Shown: positions 19,517-29,606 of the stretch, piece by piece | Numbering within the stretch: the stretch's first letter is position 1 | How the letters are laid out: every line of letters begins with the position of its first letter | Source: Candidatus Heimdallarchaeota archaeon | GTDB taxonomy: Archaea; Asgardarchaeota; Heimdallarchaeia; Heimdallarchaeales; Heimdallarchaeaceae | NCBI GenBank assembly: GCA_019057375.1 | Contig: DXJF01000113.1 | Coordinates: forward strand, 1-52,869 | Length of the DNA stretch: 52,869 bases | Direction of reading: 5' to 3' | Program-made: the position numbers and the translations under genes | Notes under the pieces: model-generated | The model's database searches: none | What the model was told of the DNA's origin: nothing | Seen by the model: the letters and a program-made list of their open reading frames with translations, nothing else

Positions 19517-20419
19517 TTACATGAATTTTCTAAGAAAGTTCCATTGTCTCTCAGTGTCTTTTTCAAGTGCAATTAATTCTTCGTCAGTGATACCTCTAAA
19601 TCTTCCTTGCAAGCTAGTCCAATCTGAAATAGGTTTTCTATTCGCTTTGTCACCATATTTTTTCCCAGGACGACTGAGGATAGCTGTATTGGTTTCACGA
19701 TCCCACTCAAATAAAGGCCAAATACCTGTCTGAACGCCTAAACGAGAAATTTCGATAGAATGAGCAGAATCAGCACGCCAGTTAGGAGGACAACTGATAT
19801 CAATTTGAATGAATTTGAAACCTTCAAAAGAAAGTGCTTTTTGGAATTTTTCTACAAAGTCTTCAAGAAATGCTGCACTAGCTGTAGCTACATAACGAGC
19901 ATTATTCGCCATCATAATAAAGGGGACCATTTTGCGCGGAGTAGTGTTTCCTTTAGGTGTAGTTGCAGTACGAGCTCCAATCATGGTGTCTCCACTTCTT
20001 TGACCACCAGTGTTTCCATAGACATTGTTTGAATACATAACATGAAGAATATTCTCTTGACGATCACAAGCTCCAATCTCTGTTGCGATTCCAATATCTG
20101 CTGCACTACCATCTCCTCCCCAGACAATAACTTTCAAGTCATCTTTGCCCTTCTTTTTTAGTGCTCTAGATATTCCTGAAGCAACTGCATCACTTGCAGC
20201 AAAAGCTGTGTTTATTGTAGGAACATTAAAAGCAACGCCCTTTCCTGATCCTTGATAAACACTTGCACAACTTGCTGGTACTACTAAAACTGCTTTATCT
20301 GCAACTGAACCTATTGCATGACGGAAAGCTAGTGCAGAACCGCATCCTGCGCAGGCAAAATGACCTTTCAACAACGCATCTTTTGGTTTTATCATTAAAT
20401 CTTTTTGAGTTACTGGCAT
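19517..20419 (-). CDS. porB: 2-oxoacid (pyruvate/ketoisovalerate):ferredoxin oxidoreductase beta subunit
   Basis: ACAGCG, GGDG TPP motif, NNVYGNTGGQRS, SCPPNW; substrate specificity not resolvable. Confidence 0.92.
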   Translation of the reverse strand: MPVTQKDLMIKPKDALLKGHFACAGCGSALAFRHAIGSVADKAVLVVPASCASVYQGSGKGVAFNVPTINTAFAASDAVASGISRALKKKGKDDLKVIVWGGDGSAADIGIATEIGACDRQENILHVMYSNNVYGNTGGQRSGDTMIGARTATTPKGNTTPRKMVPFIMMANNARYVATASAAFLEDFVEKFQKALSFEGFKFIQIDISCPPNWRADSAHSIEISRLGVQTGIWPLFEWDRETNTAILSRPGKKYGDKANRKPISDWTSLQGRFRGITDEELIALEKDTERQWNFLRKFM

Positions 20420-20428
20420 TTTATCATC

Positions 20429-21580
20429 TCACTCCTTTAGCTCCTTTTTCACTAAATCTATAATTGCAGAATATGGAACATCCTCACCACCAAGACCCAT
20501 AATCTTTCCAGAAACTGAAGTATCAACGTTGTGTCTTTTTAGTACTGCTTCAACTTCAATTCTTAGAGGGCCATCATGCCCAAAACTTGCAGCACGATCA
20601 ATAACTACAAGCTTATGATTCTTTTTAGCAAATTCAACTATATCTTCGACTGGAAATGGTCTAAAAGTTCTTACTCTTAACGCATTGACATTATGACCTT
20701 CTGCTTTCAATCTGTCAATAGCTTCATGAGCTTCATCACCGATAGTTCCTAATGTTACCAAAGTCAAGTCTGCTTCGTCATCTCCGTATGGTTCAACCAA
20801 TCCATTACCATATGAACGACCGAAGCGTTCTTCAAATTCCTTATGAACATCAACAATTTTTTTCTTAGCTCTCTCCATAGCTACCATTAAATCTCGTCTG
20901 TTCTTCGAATATTGAACAGGACCAGTCATCGAACCATAAGCCCAAGGATTTTCTACATCCAATTCAATTACTGGATCATCATAGGGACCTACGAATTCAA
21001 AAGCATCTTCGGGGTCTGGTAAATCTACTTGTCCTGTTGTATGACTGATTACAAAACCATCTAAACATGGCATACTTGGGAGCGCTATATCTTTACTTTC
21101 AGTAATCTTAAAAGCTTGAAGAGTTGTATCAAAGACTTCTTGGTTATTTTTAGTATACATCTGTATCCAACCTGCATCTCTGAAAGCCATCGAATCTTGA
21201 AAGTCTGGCCATATGTTCCATCCTGGTGCAAGACAACGGTTTACTACAGGCATAATAATTGGAAGACGACCATATCCTGTCCAGAAGACATTTTCAGCCA
21301 TGTACAATAATCCTTGAGATGAAGTTGCAGTGAATGTTCTCACACCCGACCAAGCAGCGCCCATGCAAGCTGCAAGAGCAGAATGCTCACTTTCTACAAT
21401 AACAAATTCAGCATCAAGTTTGCCTTCATCTACAAATCTGCTGAGATTCTCGACAATCGTCGTTTGGGGAGTTATCGGATATGCTGCAATAACATCAGGT
21501 TTGGCAAATAGCGCTGCATAAGATGCCGCATCATTTCCTGTCATAGATTTTGTTTCTTGTTTAACTACCATCTCATTCAC
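20429..21580 (-). CDS. porA: 2-oxoacid:ferredoxin oxidoreductase alpha subunit
   Basis: AAYPITPQT, ESEHSAL, TATSSQGL, DGFVISH, LRVRTFRPFP. Confidence 0.93.
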   Translation of the reverse strand: MNEMVVKQETKSMTGNDAASYAALFAKPDVIAAYPITPQTTIVENLSRFVDEGKLDAEFVIVESEHSALAACMGAAWSGVRTFTATSSQGLLYMAENVFWTGYGRLPIIMPVVNRCLAPGWNIWPDFQDSMAFRDAGWIQMYTKNNQEVFDTTLQAFKITESKDIALPSMPCLDGFVISHTTGQVDLPDPEDAFEFVGPYDDPVIELDVENPWAYGSMTGPVQYSKNRRDLMVAMERAKKKIVDVHKEFEERFGRSYGNGLVEPYGDDEADLTLVTLGTIGDEAHEAIDRLKAEGHNVNALRVRTFRPFPVEDIVEFAKKNHKLVVIDRAASFGHDGPLRIEVEAVLKRHNVDTSVSGKIMGLGGEDVPYSAIIDLVKKELKE

Positions 21581-21845
21581 CTTGTGGAACCATAGTTATA
21601 GCACCCTTTGGACATTCTTGAGCGCAAATACCGCATCCTTTACAGTAATCGTAATCATAACTTATAGGTTCATCTTTTTCTCTATCAGCACGATAAATTG
21701 CATGATCTGGACAGTATTTCCAACAGATGTTGCATTTGATACATAAATCTGGATTCAATACAGGATAGAAAGTTCTCCATTCACCTGTTTTTCCAGCTGC
21801 TCCCTCCATTGGATACAATATTGGTAAGCTTGGTCCCTCTGTCAT
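21573..21845 (-). CDS. porD: 2-oxoacid:ferredoxin oxidoreductase delta subunit
   Basis: KTGEWRT, CIKCNICWKYCP and YDYCKGCGICAQECP [4Fe-4S] motifs. Confidence 0.93.
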   Translation of the reverse strand: MTEGPSLPILYPMEGAAGKTGEWRTFYPVLNPDLCIKCNICWKYCPDHAIYRADREKDEPISYDYDYCKGCGICAQECPKGAITMVPQGE

Positions 21846-22393
21846 ACTCTAACCACCTTTGTTTCTTCGTAAGCTCTTTTTGCAGCTTCAACATTTTTAG
21901 GAGCAAGTTCTCCCCAATAATTTCTGATTGCTTTTTCTAGGTTTTCAAAGCTTATTAATTCAGTTCCTCTAACAAAAGCTCCTAACATAGTCATATTCGT
22001 AAAAGTAAATCCACTGAGAACTAAACCTAGTTCTTGTGAAATACCTGTTGCATCTACATAGGCTACTTTCCTTCCAGTTCCTTTCAATTCTTCAGGAACT
22101 TCCTTGGAGTTAATTATAATTACTCCATCTTGGTCTACTTTAGAAATATCAATTCTATCAAGCAATGAAATATCTAATATCATAGCATGGTTTGGATCAT
22201 AAACGGGACTATGTATTCTAATTGGTGCATCATTGAATCTTACATATGCTTCAACGGCTGCTCCTCTTCGCTCTGAACCATATTTTGGTATTGCTTGAGC
22301 ATCTAGACCTTCATACATGGCTGCTTCAGCAAGAATTTTCGCTCCTGTAACTCCTCCTGAACCTCCACGACTAATTTGTATGATTTCAATCAT
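21842..22393 (-). CDS. porG: 2-oxoacid:ferredoxin oxidoreductase gamma subunit
   Basis: RGGSGGVT, YGSERRGA, NMTMLGA; first gene of the GDAB operon. Confidence 0.92.
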   Translation of the reverse strand: MIEIIQISRGGSGGVTGAKILAEAAMYEGLDAQAIPKYGSERRGAAVEAYVRFNDAPIRIHSPVYDPNHAMILDISLLDRIDISKVDQDGVIIINSKEVPEELKGTGRKVAYVDATGISQELGLVLSGFTFTNMTMLGAFVRGTELISFENLEKAIRNYWGELAPKNVEAAKRAYEETKVVRV

Positions 22394-22492
22394 TACTTCT
22401 AACCTTATCAGCTCTGCTGTGGGGTTTTTTTCATTTATTATAATATTTTAGGTATTACATTAAAGTTTGAAAAAAAATCATATAATTCAGCT

Positions 22493-23356
22493 TTAGCCAA
22501 TCTTAAGGGTGTTTAGGAGTGATATAAGTCCCGTATATTTTTTAAAATGAGTACCTTTCCCACACTTCAACATTATTGAACCAGATTCAATTTCTGTAAA
22601 TGGACCTACTCTTGTAATTACCTCAACATTTGCATCATGTCTTCGTTTCAAACCAGACAAACCTAGCATCACATTTGGTCCTTTAAACTCAATAACATCA
22701 AGTCCAGCAAATCCTGCTATCTCTTGAGGAGTAGCTATACTTAATTTAGTTATTGTCTCCTGTGTTGCATATTTTCTAAGTAAAAGCGCATTAACTTTGA
22801 GTTCGGTGACATTAGTAAAAGTAGCTTTGAGAAGATCTACAATGAACTTATGTTTTTTAGTCTTCTCACATGCAGGACAAATAGCTACACCTAACTCCGG
22901 TAAAATTGAGAGAAACATAAGCGAATCCAAAGGCAACTTCATTAAATCATTTTGATCTTGAAGTTCTTTGAACCCAAACATATATACAAAATGCAATGGT
23001 GATGAACTCAATTTGGAAATGTAACTATTACTGAACTTCAAGTCACTCTCTTCTTTTAATTTCTTGAACTTGCTAGTTAATTCTTTTTTTAGCTTAGTCG
23101 AAGTATCGTACTTTGTGACAGGGGTAAACAAATAAACACGTTGAAACTCTTCAAAAAACTGATTTTTCAATGCTTTAGACCAGAAATTTCGAATCTTTGT
23201 ACTGGATATTTTTTTCTCTTTGAGTTCCTTGAACAGAAGCTTCTGAAGATCATCTTTTGGTTTCTTTTTTACTGTTTTACTAGTAGTAGATAGGACAGAA
23301 ATTATTTCATCTGCTGAGATATACTTGAATACGGTTTCTTGTGTCATATCTACCAC
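22493..23356 (-). CDS. Hypothetical protein, possible CENP-N/Chl4-like (TBP-like fold)
   Basis: 287 aa ORF is solid; the family suggestion rests only on by-eye motif correspondence (see findings). Confidence 0.4.
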   Translation of the reverse strand: MVDMTQETVFKYISADEIISVLSTTSKTVKKKPKDDLQKLLFKELKEKKISSTKIRNFWSKALKNQFFEEFQRVYLFTPVTKYDTSTKLKKELTSKFKKLKEESDLKFSNSYISKLSSSPLHFVYMFGFKELQDQNDLMKLPLDSLMFLSILPELGVAICPACEKTKKHKFIVDLLKATFTNVTELKVNALLLRKYATQETITKLSIATPQEIAGFAGLDVIEFKGPNVMLGLSGLKRRHDANVEVITRVGPFTEIESGSIMLKCGKGTHFKKYTGLISLLNTLKIG

Positions 23357-23498
23357 TCTTGATTAGCACTTGTATTTGACAGTCTGTCTGGATGTTCTAC
23401 GATTAACTGATTATTTAACTTTTTCATCGTTTCTGGCGTGAGAAAACGAGATGAGTTCAAAAACAAAAATAAGTGAATAAAAATGTGTACCCATCAAA

Positions 23499-23723
23499 TC
23501 AGAATATCACATTTATTTTCAGAAGGATGAGCTGGATTTCAAAAGCTGTTATTAATGCGCAAATAATAATTAGTAGAGTAATCATTTTCCAATTCTTTCT
23601 CTGTGACATTTCAACATACAATATAAACCAAATAATGCTTGCAATTGTCAATATAGAAAATACTACTACCATAAAGGTTAGCCAACCACCTGTTAAGAGC
23701 CCGTTATATGCTGTATATGCCAT
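23499..23723 (-). CDS. Small two-TM protein, Ost5/TMEM258-like oligosaccharyltransferase subunit candidate
   Basis: 74 aa; WFILYVE...RKNWK...hydrophobic helix parallels TMEM258 WFFVYEV...RDIYK (from memory). Confidence 0.55.
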   Translation of the reverse strand: MAYTAYNGLLTGGWLTFMVVVFSILTIASIIWFILYVEMSQRKNWKMITLLIIICALITAFEIQLILLKINVIF

Positions 23724-23818
23724 TCTTAATCCCTTTTTAATCTTCTGTGCGTGATTTTTTTAAACATTTAAAAATCTTTGCCATTCAGACAGCTTTTAAC
23801 TTTTGCATAGAACGAAAT

Positions 23819-24217
23819 TCATCCAGGAATGAAGAAATCCTCATCAATTTTACCTTTAAGCTTTTTCTTCTTGAGATACATTGGTATTATTTTCTTAATG
23901 CTCTCTTTATCAAAACCTATTTCTTCAGCAAGATCAGCTATATTGAATTTTTCTCCAGAACTAATAGCATGCTCTATTTTGTATTTGGGAGTATCCTCTT
24001 CTTTAAACTCACCTTTGGTTTTTCCCTTAGCTCCGGTTCTGTTTTTACCACATTTTGGGCAATCCCAAGTCGCCATTCTAGTAATAGTAACGTTGCCTTG
24101 TTTATCAGGCATTGGACTTACAATATTCCATTCCTTTTTTGTTGGAACATCTGTCGGAAGCCATTCTTCTCCACAGTTTTTGCATTTTATCAGTTTCTTC
24201 TTTGCCATAAATCTCAA
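23819..24217 (-). CDS. Cren7-like Zn-ribbon protein with C-terminal winged helix
   Basis: CKNCG...KKEWNIVSPMPDKQGNVTITRMATWDCPKCG; C-terminal FNIADLAEEIG...LKGKID wHTH/PCI-like pattern. Confidence 0.55.
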   Translation of the reverse strand: MRFMAKKKLIKCKNCGEEWLPTDVPTKKEWNIVSPMPDKQGNVTITRMATWDCPKCGKNRTGAKGKTKGEFKEEDTPKYKIEHAISSGEKFNIADLAEEIGFDKESIKKIIPMYLKKKKLKGKIDEDFFIPG

Positions 24218-24343
24218 ATATCGTTCAGTTAACTTGATTAAAATCTTTTCTATGAGTTATTATTCCAATAACAATATCTTAGCTTGAAAGCTAGTTTTAT
24301 AAGAGACCATGTTAAGAAAAAGCTGACTAGAAAAGTGATTTTC

Positions 24344-24904
24344 ATGAAGCAGTGTTTAGCTTGCTGGGAAGACATTGAAGAACAAGACCAAATTTGCCTA
24401 CATTGTGGGTCAAATCAAGATGAGATAAAGGATTATTTAGCTCTTGTACTTCTTAAGCAAAGAAAAAAGAAAATCACCATTCCGGAACAAACATCTGCTT
24501 TAGATTATGTTATTGATGTAGACCCTAAAACAGCTGAAGACATTATTTTTTCTGAACCTGCAGTTGAAACAGGAGATCAGCAAGCTAGAACCACACCAGG
24601 AGCAACATATCAACCTGAAAAACCTTCTTGGTTAGGAAGTCCAACAGCTCCCAAAGCTTCACAGCAAATTCCTCAACAACCACAAACCAGTGTTAGTCAA
24701 GATTCAAAATCAAAAAGTACTCAAAGAAGTAAGAAATCAATAAAATGTCCAAACTGTTCTAAAGAGGTTTCGTTCTTAAAATATTGTAAAAATTGTGGTC
24801 ATCAGTTGCATAAAGAATGTCCTCATTGCCAAAAAGTTAATTCTGTAACTTCCAAATTCTGCACCACATGTGGAAAATCAATCAAATCTTCGGTTGAGAA
24901 ATGA
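24344..24904 (+). CDS. Double zinc-ribbon protein
   Basis: CLAC/CLHC at N-terminus, CPNC/CKNC/CPHC/CTTC at C-terminus, P/Q/S-rich linker; ATG at 24344 preferred. Confidence 0.8.
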   Translation: MKQCLACWEDIEEQDQICLHCGSNQDEIKDYLALVLLKQRKKKITIPEQTSALDYVIDVDPKTAEDIIFSEPAVETGDQQARTTPGATYQPEKPSWLGSPTAPKASQQIPQQPQTSVSQDSKSKSTQRSKKSIKCPNCSKEVSFLKYCKNCGHQLHKECPHCQKVNSVTSKFCTTCGKSIKSSVEK

Positions 24905-24925
24905 ATTAGGAATAAGTGAATTAAG

Positions 24926-27529
24926 ATGAAACTCCCTAAGCCTTATGTTGCTATACTTTTTAATTGGAACAAAGAAAAACGTTCTACAGACATAATTTAT
25001 TTTAGTCTTGGTTCAAGTAAGGATAGGAAATCTTTGACTTATACAAGATTGCAATTTGTGTATGAAAGGAATCATTTGAGGGTTTACAAATATCTCAAAG
25101 TTGGACGAAGCTCTAACATTTACATTCGTCCCCGTTTTGCTACTGAAAATTTGAGAGATGCTCAATATCTCCTTATTCCAGATACAGATCTCCCCTGGGA
25201 TAATGCAGGATTACTAGAATATTGTCGTGCTTTCAAAATATCAAAACCAAAACTTGCTCCCCTTTGTTCATTTTGTCTATCAAAAAGAATCAAATGGACC
25301 GCGTTAGATAACGATTCCATTAACTTTAAAGGGCAACGTATCTGTGATTACTGTAGTAAAAATCTACTAACAAGTGAACTACAACGAAGCAATTTAGTTG
25401 TAACAGGAGGACTTACAAAATTCTTCCAACAACAAGCTCAAAGAGAAGGAAAACTGGATGATGTTCTAGAGAATATTTCCTTTGGTGCAGACCAAGATCC
25501 TATAAACAGACCAGACTCAACACTCTTTGATATTATTCCAGCCAAGAAAATTGAAGACATAATGAAGGTAAGTCAAGTTGACCGATTATCTTCTCAATTC
25601 AAGAAATTGCTCATTAATGATGGAATTCAGACTCTTCTTCCAATTCAAAAATTGGCTTTAGAAAAAGGACTTTTAAGAAACAAAGACCTTCTTGTATTAG
25701 CGGGTACTACCTCTGGTAAAACTCTTGTGGGCGAATTAGCAGGCATAAACTCAGCTTTGAAAGGTAAAAAATTCATATATCTATCTCCTCTAGTAGCTCT
25801 TACTAATCAGAAATATGAGCAGTTCAAAAAACGGTATAAAGCATTGGAATTAAAAACTACTATAAGAGTAGGAATGAGTAGAATTCAAGTTGAAGGTGAA
25901 CATAAACCTATAATTGATGAAAATTTTAGGACAGCCAATATCATTGTTGCTACCTATGAAGCATTTGATTTTATTCTAAGAGATGGTAAAAACAAAGAAC
26001 TTGGGGACATAGGTGTCATTGTCATTGATGAAGTACAGATGCTTGTTGCAAAAGAAAGAGGTTTTAGATTAAATGGTTTGATTTCTCGATTAAAAGCTCT
26101 ATTTCCCAAAGCTCAATTTATCTATCTCTCTGCAACCATCGGAAATCCAAAGGTTTTAGGAGAGGATCTCAATGCTGAAGTAGTAGAATATTTAGATAGA
26201 CCTATACCTTTGGAAAGACATTCAGTTCTAACGGAAAACGATCATGAACGATTTGAACATCTATTCAAAATCTGTCAACATGAAGAAAAAATTAGATCAA
26301 AAACAGGATATAAAGGTCAAACATTAGTCTTTACCAATTCAAGAAGAAACTGTGAGAATGTTTCAAAAAAACTTAAGAAAAAAGGTTTAACATCTGCTTT
26401 TTACCATGCTGGTTTAACTTATCGTCAAAGGAAAATTGTTGAGAAAGGTTTCGAAAAAGGAAGATACTCTGTTGTTGTAACAACAATAGCTTTAGGTGCA
26501 GGAGTAGATTTTCCAGCATCCACAGTTATTTTCGAAAACCTTGCAATGGGTATTGAATGGTTATCTGTTGCAGAATTTCATCAAATGTTAGGAAGAGCAG
26601 GAAGATATGGTTATCATGATAAAGGAAAGGTCTATCTTTTAATTGAACCGGGGAGAAAAATATTTGCAGGTCAAAAAGAAACGGAGGAGCAAATAGCTTT
26701 TGATCTACTAACCAAACCAATAGAAGATGTTGATCCTGTTCTAGATTCAATTGAAGAAGAGGAAGAAATTTTAGCAACCATTGTTGCTTTCCAAAATGTC
26801 AGTATTTCAGATGATAAAATGATTTTCGCGAACATTATTGGGAGATCGAGTCCCCTTCCTGATAATATGAGGGCATTACGGAAGATGAAAATGATTGATG
26901 TAAAAAATATGATAATCATTCCTACAAATTTAGGAAAAGCTGTTTCTTTATCATTTTTATCCCCTGCATATGCTCTCCGTTTAGTACAAGAAATTGAAAG
27001 GAAAAAATCCAAAAGCATTGAGGAAGATTTTGCTTTAACTTTAGCCATAAAAATACAACCTTTCAGATCTGCTCATTTAGTTCCTAGAGTGCATGGGGAT
27101 ATAGAAAGAACTCTAAAAACAAATATTTCAACAAATATATTCTCAGGAGCAATTCTTGACCTTTATTCAGGCCATGGATGGGGAAGAAGGAATCCAACAA
27201 AACTGATCATAGACACATTTGCAATTTGGACTAAAGAATTCTTTACTTGTAAATGCGCAGATAGACCTTTTTGTACTTGTGGAGAAGTTAACCTTTCGAA
27301 AAAACTAGTAGAACTAAGGAAATTAGGCCATTCCCCCATCCGCATATCTAGTGAATTTCGTAAGAACTATAATATTCAACTCTATCCGGGTGATTTGTAT
27401 TCGTGGTTAGATGCATTGGTACATAACTTGAATGCAATTGAACGTTTAGCAAAAGTTCTAGAAGAAACACAGTTACAGAAAAGTGCTAAAAACTATACAA
27501 AAGAAATCGAAAAACCACAAACAAAATAA
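24926..27529 (+). CDS. Archaea-specific SF2 DEAD/DEAH helicase (COG1202/DUF5814-type)
   Basis: AGTTSGKTL, VIDEVQ, LSATIGNP, AFYHAGL, QMLGRAGR; N-terminal CxxC pair and C-terminal CKCADRPFCTCG...YPGDLYSWLD. Confidence 0.9.
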   Translation: MKLPKPYVAILFNWNKEKRSTDIIYFSLGSSKDRKSLTYTRLQFVYERNHLRVYKYLKVGRSSNIYIRPRFATENLRDAQYLLIPDTDLPWDNAGLLEYCRAFKISKPKLAPLCSFCLSKRIKWTALDNDSINFKGQRICDYCSKNLLTSELQRSNLVVTGGLTKFFQQQAQREGKLDDVLENISFGADQDPINRPDSTLFDIIPAKKIEDIMKVSQVDRLSSQFKKLLINDGIQTLLPIQKLALEKGLLRNKDLLVLAGTTSGKTLVGELAGINSALKGKKFIYLSPLVALTNQKYEQFKKRYKALELKTTIRVGMSRIQVEGEHKPIIDENFRTANIIVATYEAFDFILRDGKNKELGDIGVIVIDEVQMLVAKERGFRLNGLISRLKALFPKAQFIYLSATIGNPKVLGEDLNAEVVEYLDRPIPLERHSVLTENDHERFEHLFKICQHEEKIRSKTGYKGQTLVFTNSRRNCENVSKKLKKKGLTSAFYHAGLTYRQRKIVEKGFEKGRYSVVVTTIALGAGVDFPASTVIFENLAMGIEWLSVAEFHQMLGRAGRYGYHDKGKVYLLIEPGRKIFAGQKETEEQIAFDLLTKPIEDVDPVLDSIEEEEEILATIVAFQNVSISDDKMIFANIIGRSSPLPDNMRALRKMKMIDVKNMIIIPTNLGKAVSLSFLSPAYALRLVQEIERKKSKSIEEDFALTLAIKIQPFRSAHLVPRVHGDIERTLKTNISTNIFSGAILDLYSGHGWGRRNPTKLIIDTFAIWTKEFFTCKCADRPFCTCGEVNLSKKLVELRKLGHSPIRISSEFRKNYNIQLYPGDLYSWLDALVHNLNAIERLAKVLEETQLQKSAKNYTKEIEKPQTK

Positions 27530-27585
27530 ATTCTGTCTATGCGTCAAATTTATCAATATATATACTTTTTATTCATATCGAAAGG

Positions 27586-28656
27586 TTGGTGCAGTTTATG
27601 TATAAGTCAGATAAAGAAATGTCTCTCTCTCCTGAAGATTTAAGTATGGTCATAGCTTGTTTGGTAGTTCTTATTTTGGCTTTTACTGATATAAGATCGG
27701 AAGATACTGTAGCTTTCGCTTCCTTTCCAGCTATTGGAATATTGCTTTTAAGTTGGGGAATTGTCAGATTTAGACGAAGACCTTTACCAAAACAAGTTCA
27801 TTATAAAAGGATGATACATTTATCATCTATCAAAGTATTAAGAAACTACCATCTTATATCAATAATTTTGGGTTATTTATTCATCTTATTTAGATATCCT
27901 GCATATCAGGATAAAGATTTCTTGATAGCACTAATCTTTAATTTTGTAGCTCTGTTTTTTATTTCAATTCTTGAGTTTGCAGGACACGTACTAGTAGCAG
28001 ATAATATTGAAGTTTTAATCAAATTAGATGATGAAGATGAAAAATTATTTCTTAAGAAGAGATTCAAGTTACTCTTTGGAACTAGATTTTACATTATCAT
28101 ATCAATATTCACAATAATCAGTTTAGGAATGACTTATTTCTCCATAGTGTCAATAATCACAACACTAGATATTGTTCTAATCATAATGCAATTTGTGGCT
28201 CTTCTTCTGGCAATAGGACTGTATTTATTCATTTATTACAAAACCATGTCATTTGAAAGAATAAAAGATCCAAGTTTATTGTTGAAAGCAATAGATTATT
28301 ATGAATCTGCAGATCTTACTGAAGAAGCCTTCAAGCTTATTGAAGATCACTTAGAAGGAGATCCAAATAATATTGTTTTAATGTCTAGATTAGCCTTAAT
28401 GTATACTAAGGAAGGTAATTATGATAAGACATTGGAATATGCAGGTAAAGTACTAGCTGAAATTGGGGAAGGACAACATGACAGACCTCATATGACTGCT
28501 CGAGCTCATTTACTTAGAGCTATAAGCTTGAATGCAAAAGAAAGATACCAAGAAGCATATGATGAGGTTATACAAACTTTGAAAATTACTCCTGAGAACA
28601 ATTCTGCAAGAAAATTGAGACGAGACCTTAGACGAAAACTCAAAACTATTGAGTAG
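27586..28656 (+). CDS. Membrane protein with C-terminal TPR repeats
   Basis: About six TM segments followed by helical repeats (DPNNIVLMSRLALMYTKEGNYDKTLEY; TPENNSARKLR). Confidence 0.75.
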   Translation: MVQFMYKSDKEMSLSPEDLSMVIACLVVLILAFTDIRSEDTVAFASFPAIGILLLSWGIVRFRRRPLPKQVHYKRMIHLSSIKVLRNYHLISIILGYLFILFRYPAYQDKDFLIALIFNFVALFFISILEFAGHVLVADNIEVLIKLDDEDEKLFLKKRFKLLFGTRFYIIISIFTIISLGMTYFSIVSIITTLDIVLIIMQFVALLLAIGLYLFIYYKTMSFERIKDPSLLLKAIDYYESADLTEEAFKLIEDHLEGDPNNIVLMSRLALMYTKEGNYDKTLEYAGKVLAEIGEGQHDRPHMTARAHLLRAISLNAKERYQEAYDEVIQTLKITPENNSARKLRRDLRRKLKTIE

Positions 28657-28722
28657 AGAACTACAGTTTCCTCATTTTAACTACCACAATATGTTTATAT
28701 GTTTTTCATTAATTAAGAACAG

Positions 28723-29601
28723 ATGAGACTTTGTTCGATAGATTATTCGCTCAATGAAGAAATCAACCCGAAAGTCATTACTAATTCTATTGATCCTGAG
28801 ATAGCTAATGTGAAGTTTAACATTATTAAGAGAAGGAGTCATGGATTAGATCGGAAAACTCTCGAAAAGTCTCACATTCTTTTCATAAGTCTTCCCCGAA
28901 AAAAACTAACTCAAGAGCAATACATCGAGTTGATTTCCTATATTGACATAGGGGGTTGTTTGATTTTAACATTACCTTCTCCACCTTGGACTGAATTAGG
29001 AAGATTTTTTGAGGAATTCAGAAAAGAGATAGGGATTTCTTTTCAATCAAAATTCGTTTATGGATTACCAAAAATACCAATGAATGTTCGTTTATTAGGT
29101 TCCGATTTAACCATAACAAAAGCTCATGTTATTAATTCAAATATGAGTGAGAATTTTATGAAAGAGAGTGGGATTAAGCGATTTATCCCTCTTGCTCTAA
29201 TGGATAATCAACCAGTAGTTTTAGCAGCTTTCAAGAGAAGAGGAAGATTCATTGTTTTCAGTTCTCCTGAAATATTCAACAAACAAAATTCAGATTTCTT
29301 GAGTAGATTACTTTTTTTATCAGGAAGCAAAAAGGATTTCATGTTATCAAAAACAGTACAAAAGGACCAAATCGGAGATTCGAATTTTTTTCTGCTACTA
29401 CAACATGCTTGTTTGGATAGTTATTTATTATCCCTCTACCATTATGATTTTGTCTTTCATCAAGAAACAATCAATCTAGCAATAGAAACAAATTTACCTA
29501 AAAGAATCCATTCAATAATAGCTAGACAGAAAGTATTGAGTGAAAGACCTAATATTGAAGAGATAATCGAAACTATTGAATATTTCAGAAGTGGAAGTTG
29601 A
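28723..29601 (+). CDS. GIFT/GldG-like (IFT52-N-like, class I GATase-like fold) domain protein
   Basis: LFISLPRKKLTQEQYIELISYIDIGGCLIL and GRFIVFSSPEIF...N patterns. Confidence 0.6.
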   Translation: MRLCSIDYSLNEEINPKVITNSIDPEIANVKFNIIKRRSHGLDRKTLEKSHILFISLPRKKLTQEQYIELISYIDIGGCLILTLPSPPWTELGRFFEEFRKEIGISFQSKFVYGLPKIPMNVRLLGSDLTITKAHVINSNMSENFMKESGIKRFIPLALMDNQPVVLAAFKRRGRFIVFSSPEIFNKQNSDFLSRLLFLSGSKKDFMLSKTVQKDQIGDSNFFLLLQHACLDSYLLSLYHYDFVFHQETINLAIETNLPKRIHSIIARQKVLSERPNIEEIIETIEYFRSGS

Positions 29602-29606
29602 AGTAA

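Noticed and set aside
19435-19572. N-terminal extension of the HD-domain ORF
   Set aside because: Overlaps the porB 3' end; the family-typical sequence starts after ATG 19434.
23425-23453. Imperfect hairpin considered as a SECIS element
   Set aside because: No clear AUGA/GA core, and no in-frame UGA gene nearby.
23747-24287. Plus-strand ORFs 23747..24232 and 23829..24287
   Set aside because: Antisense shadows of the Zn-ribbon gene 23819..24217, with no motifs. The same applies to other short overlapping ORFs such as 2088..2441, 8634..8987, 13617..13940, 26671..27048 and 50698..51024.
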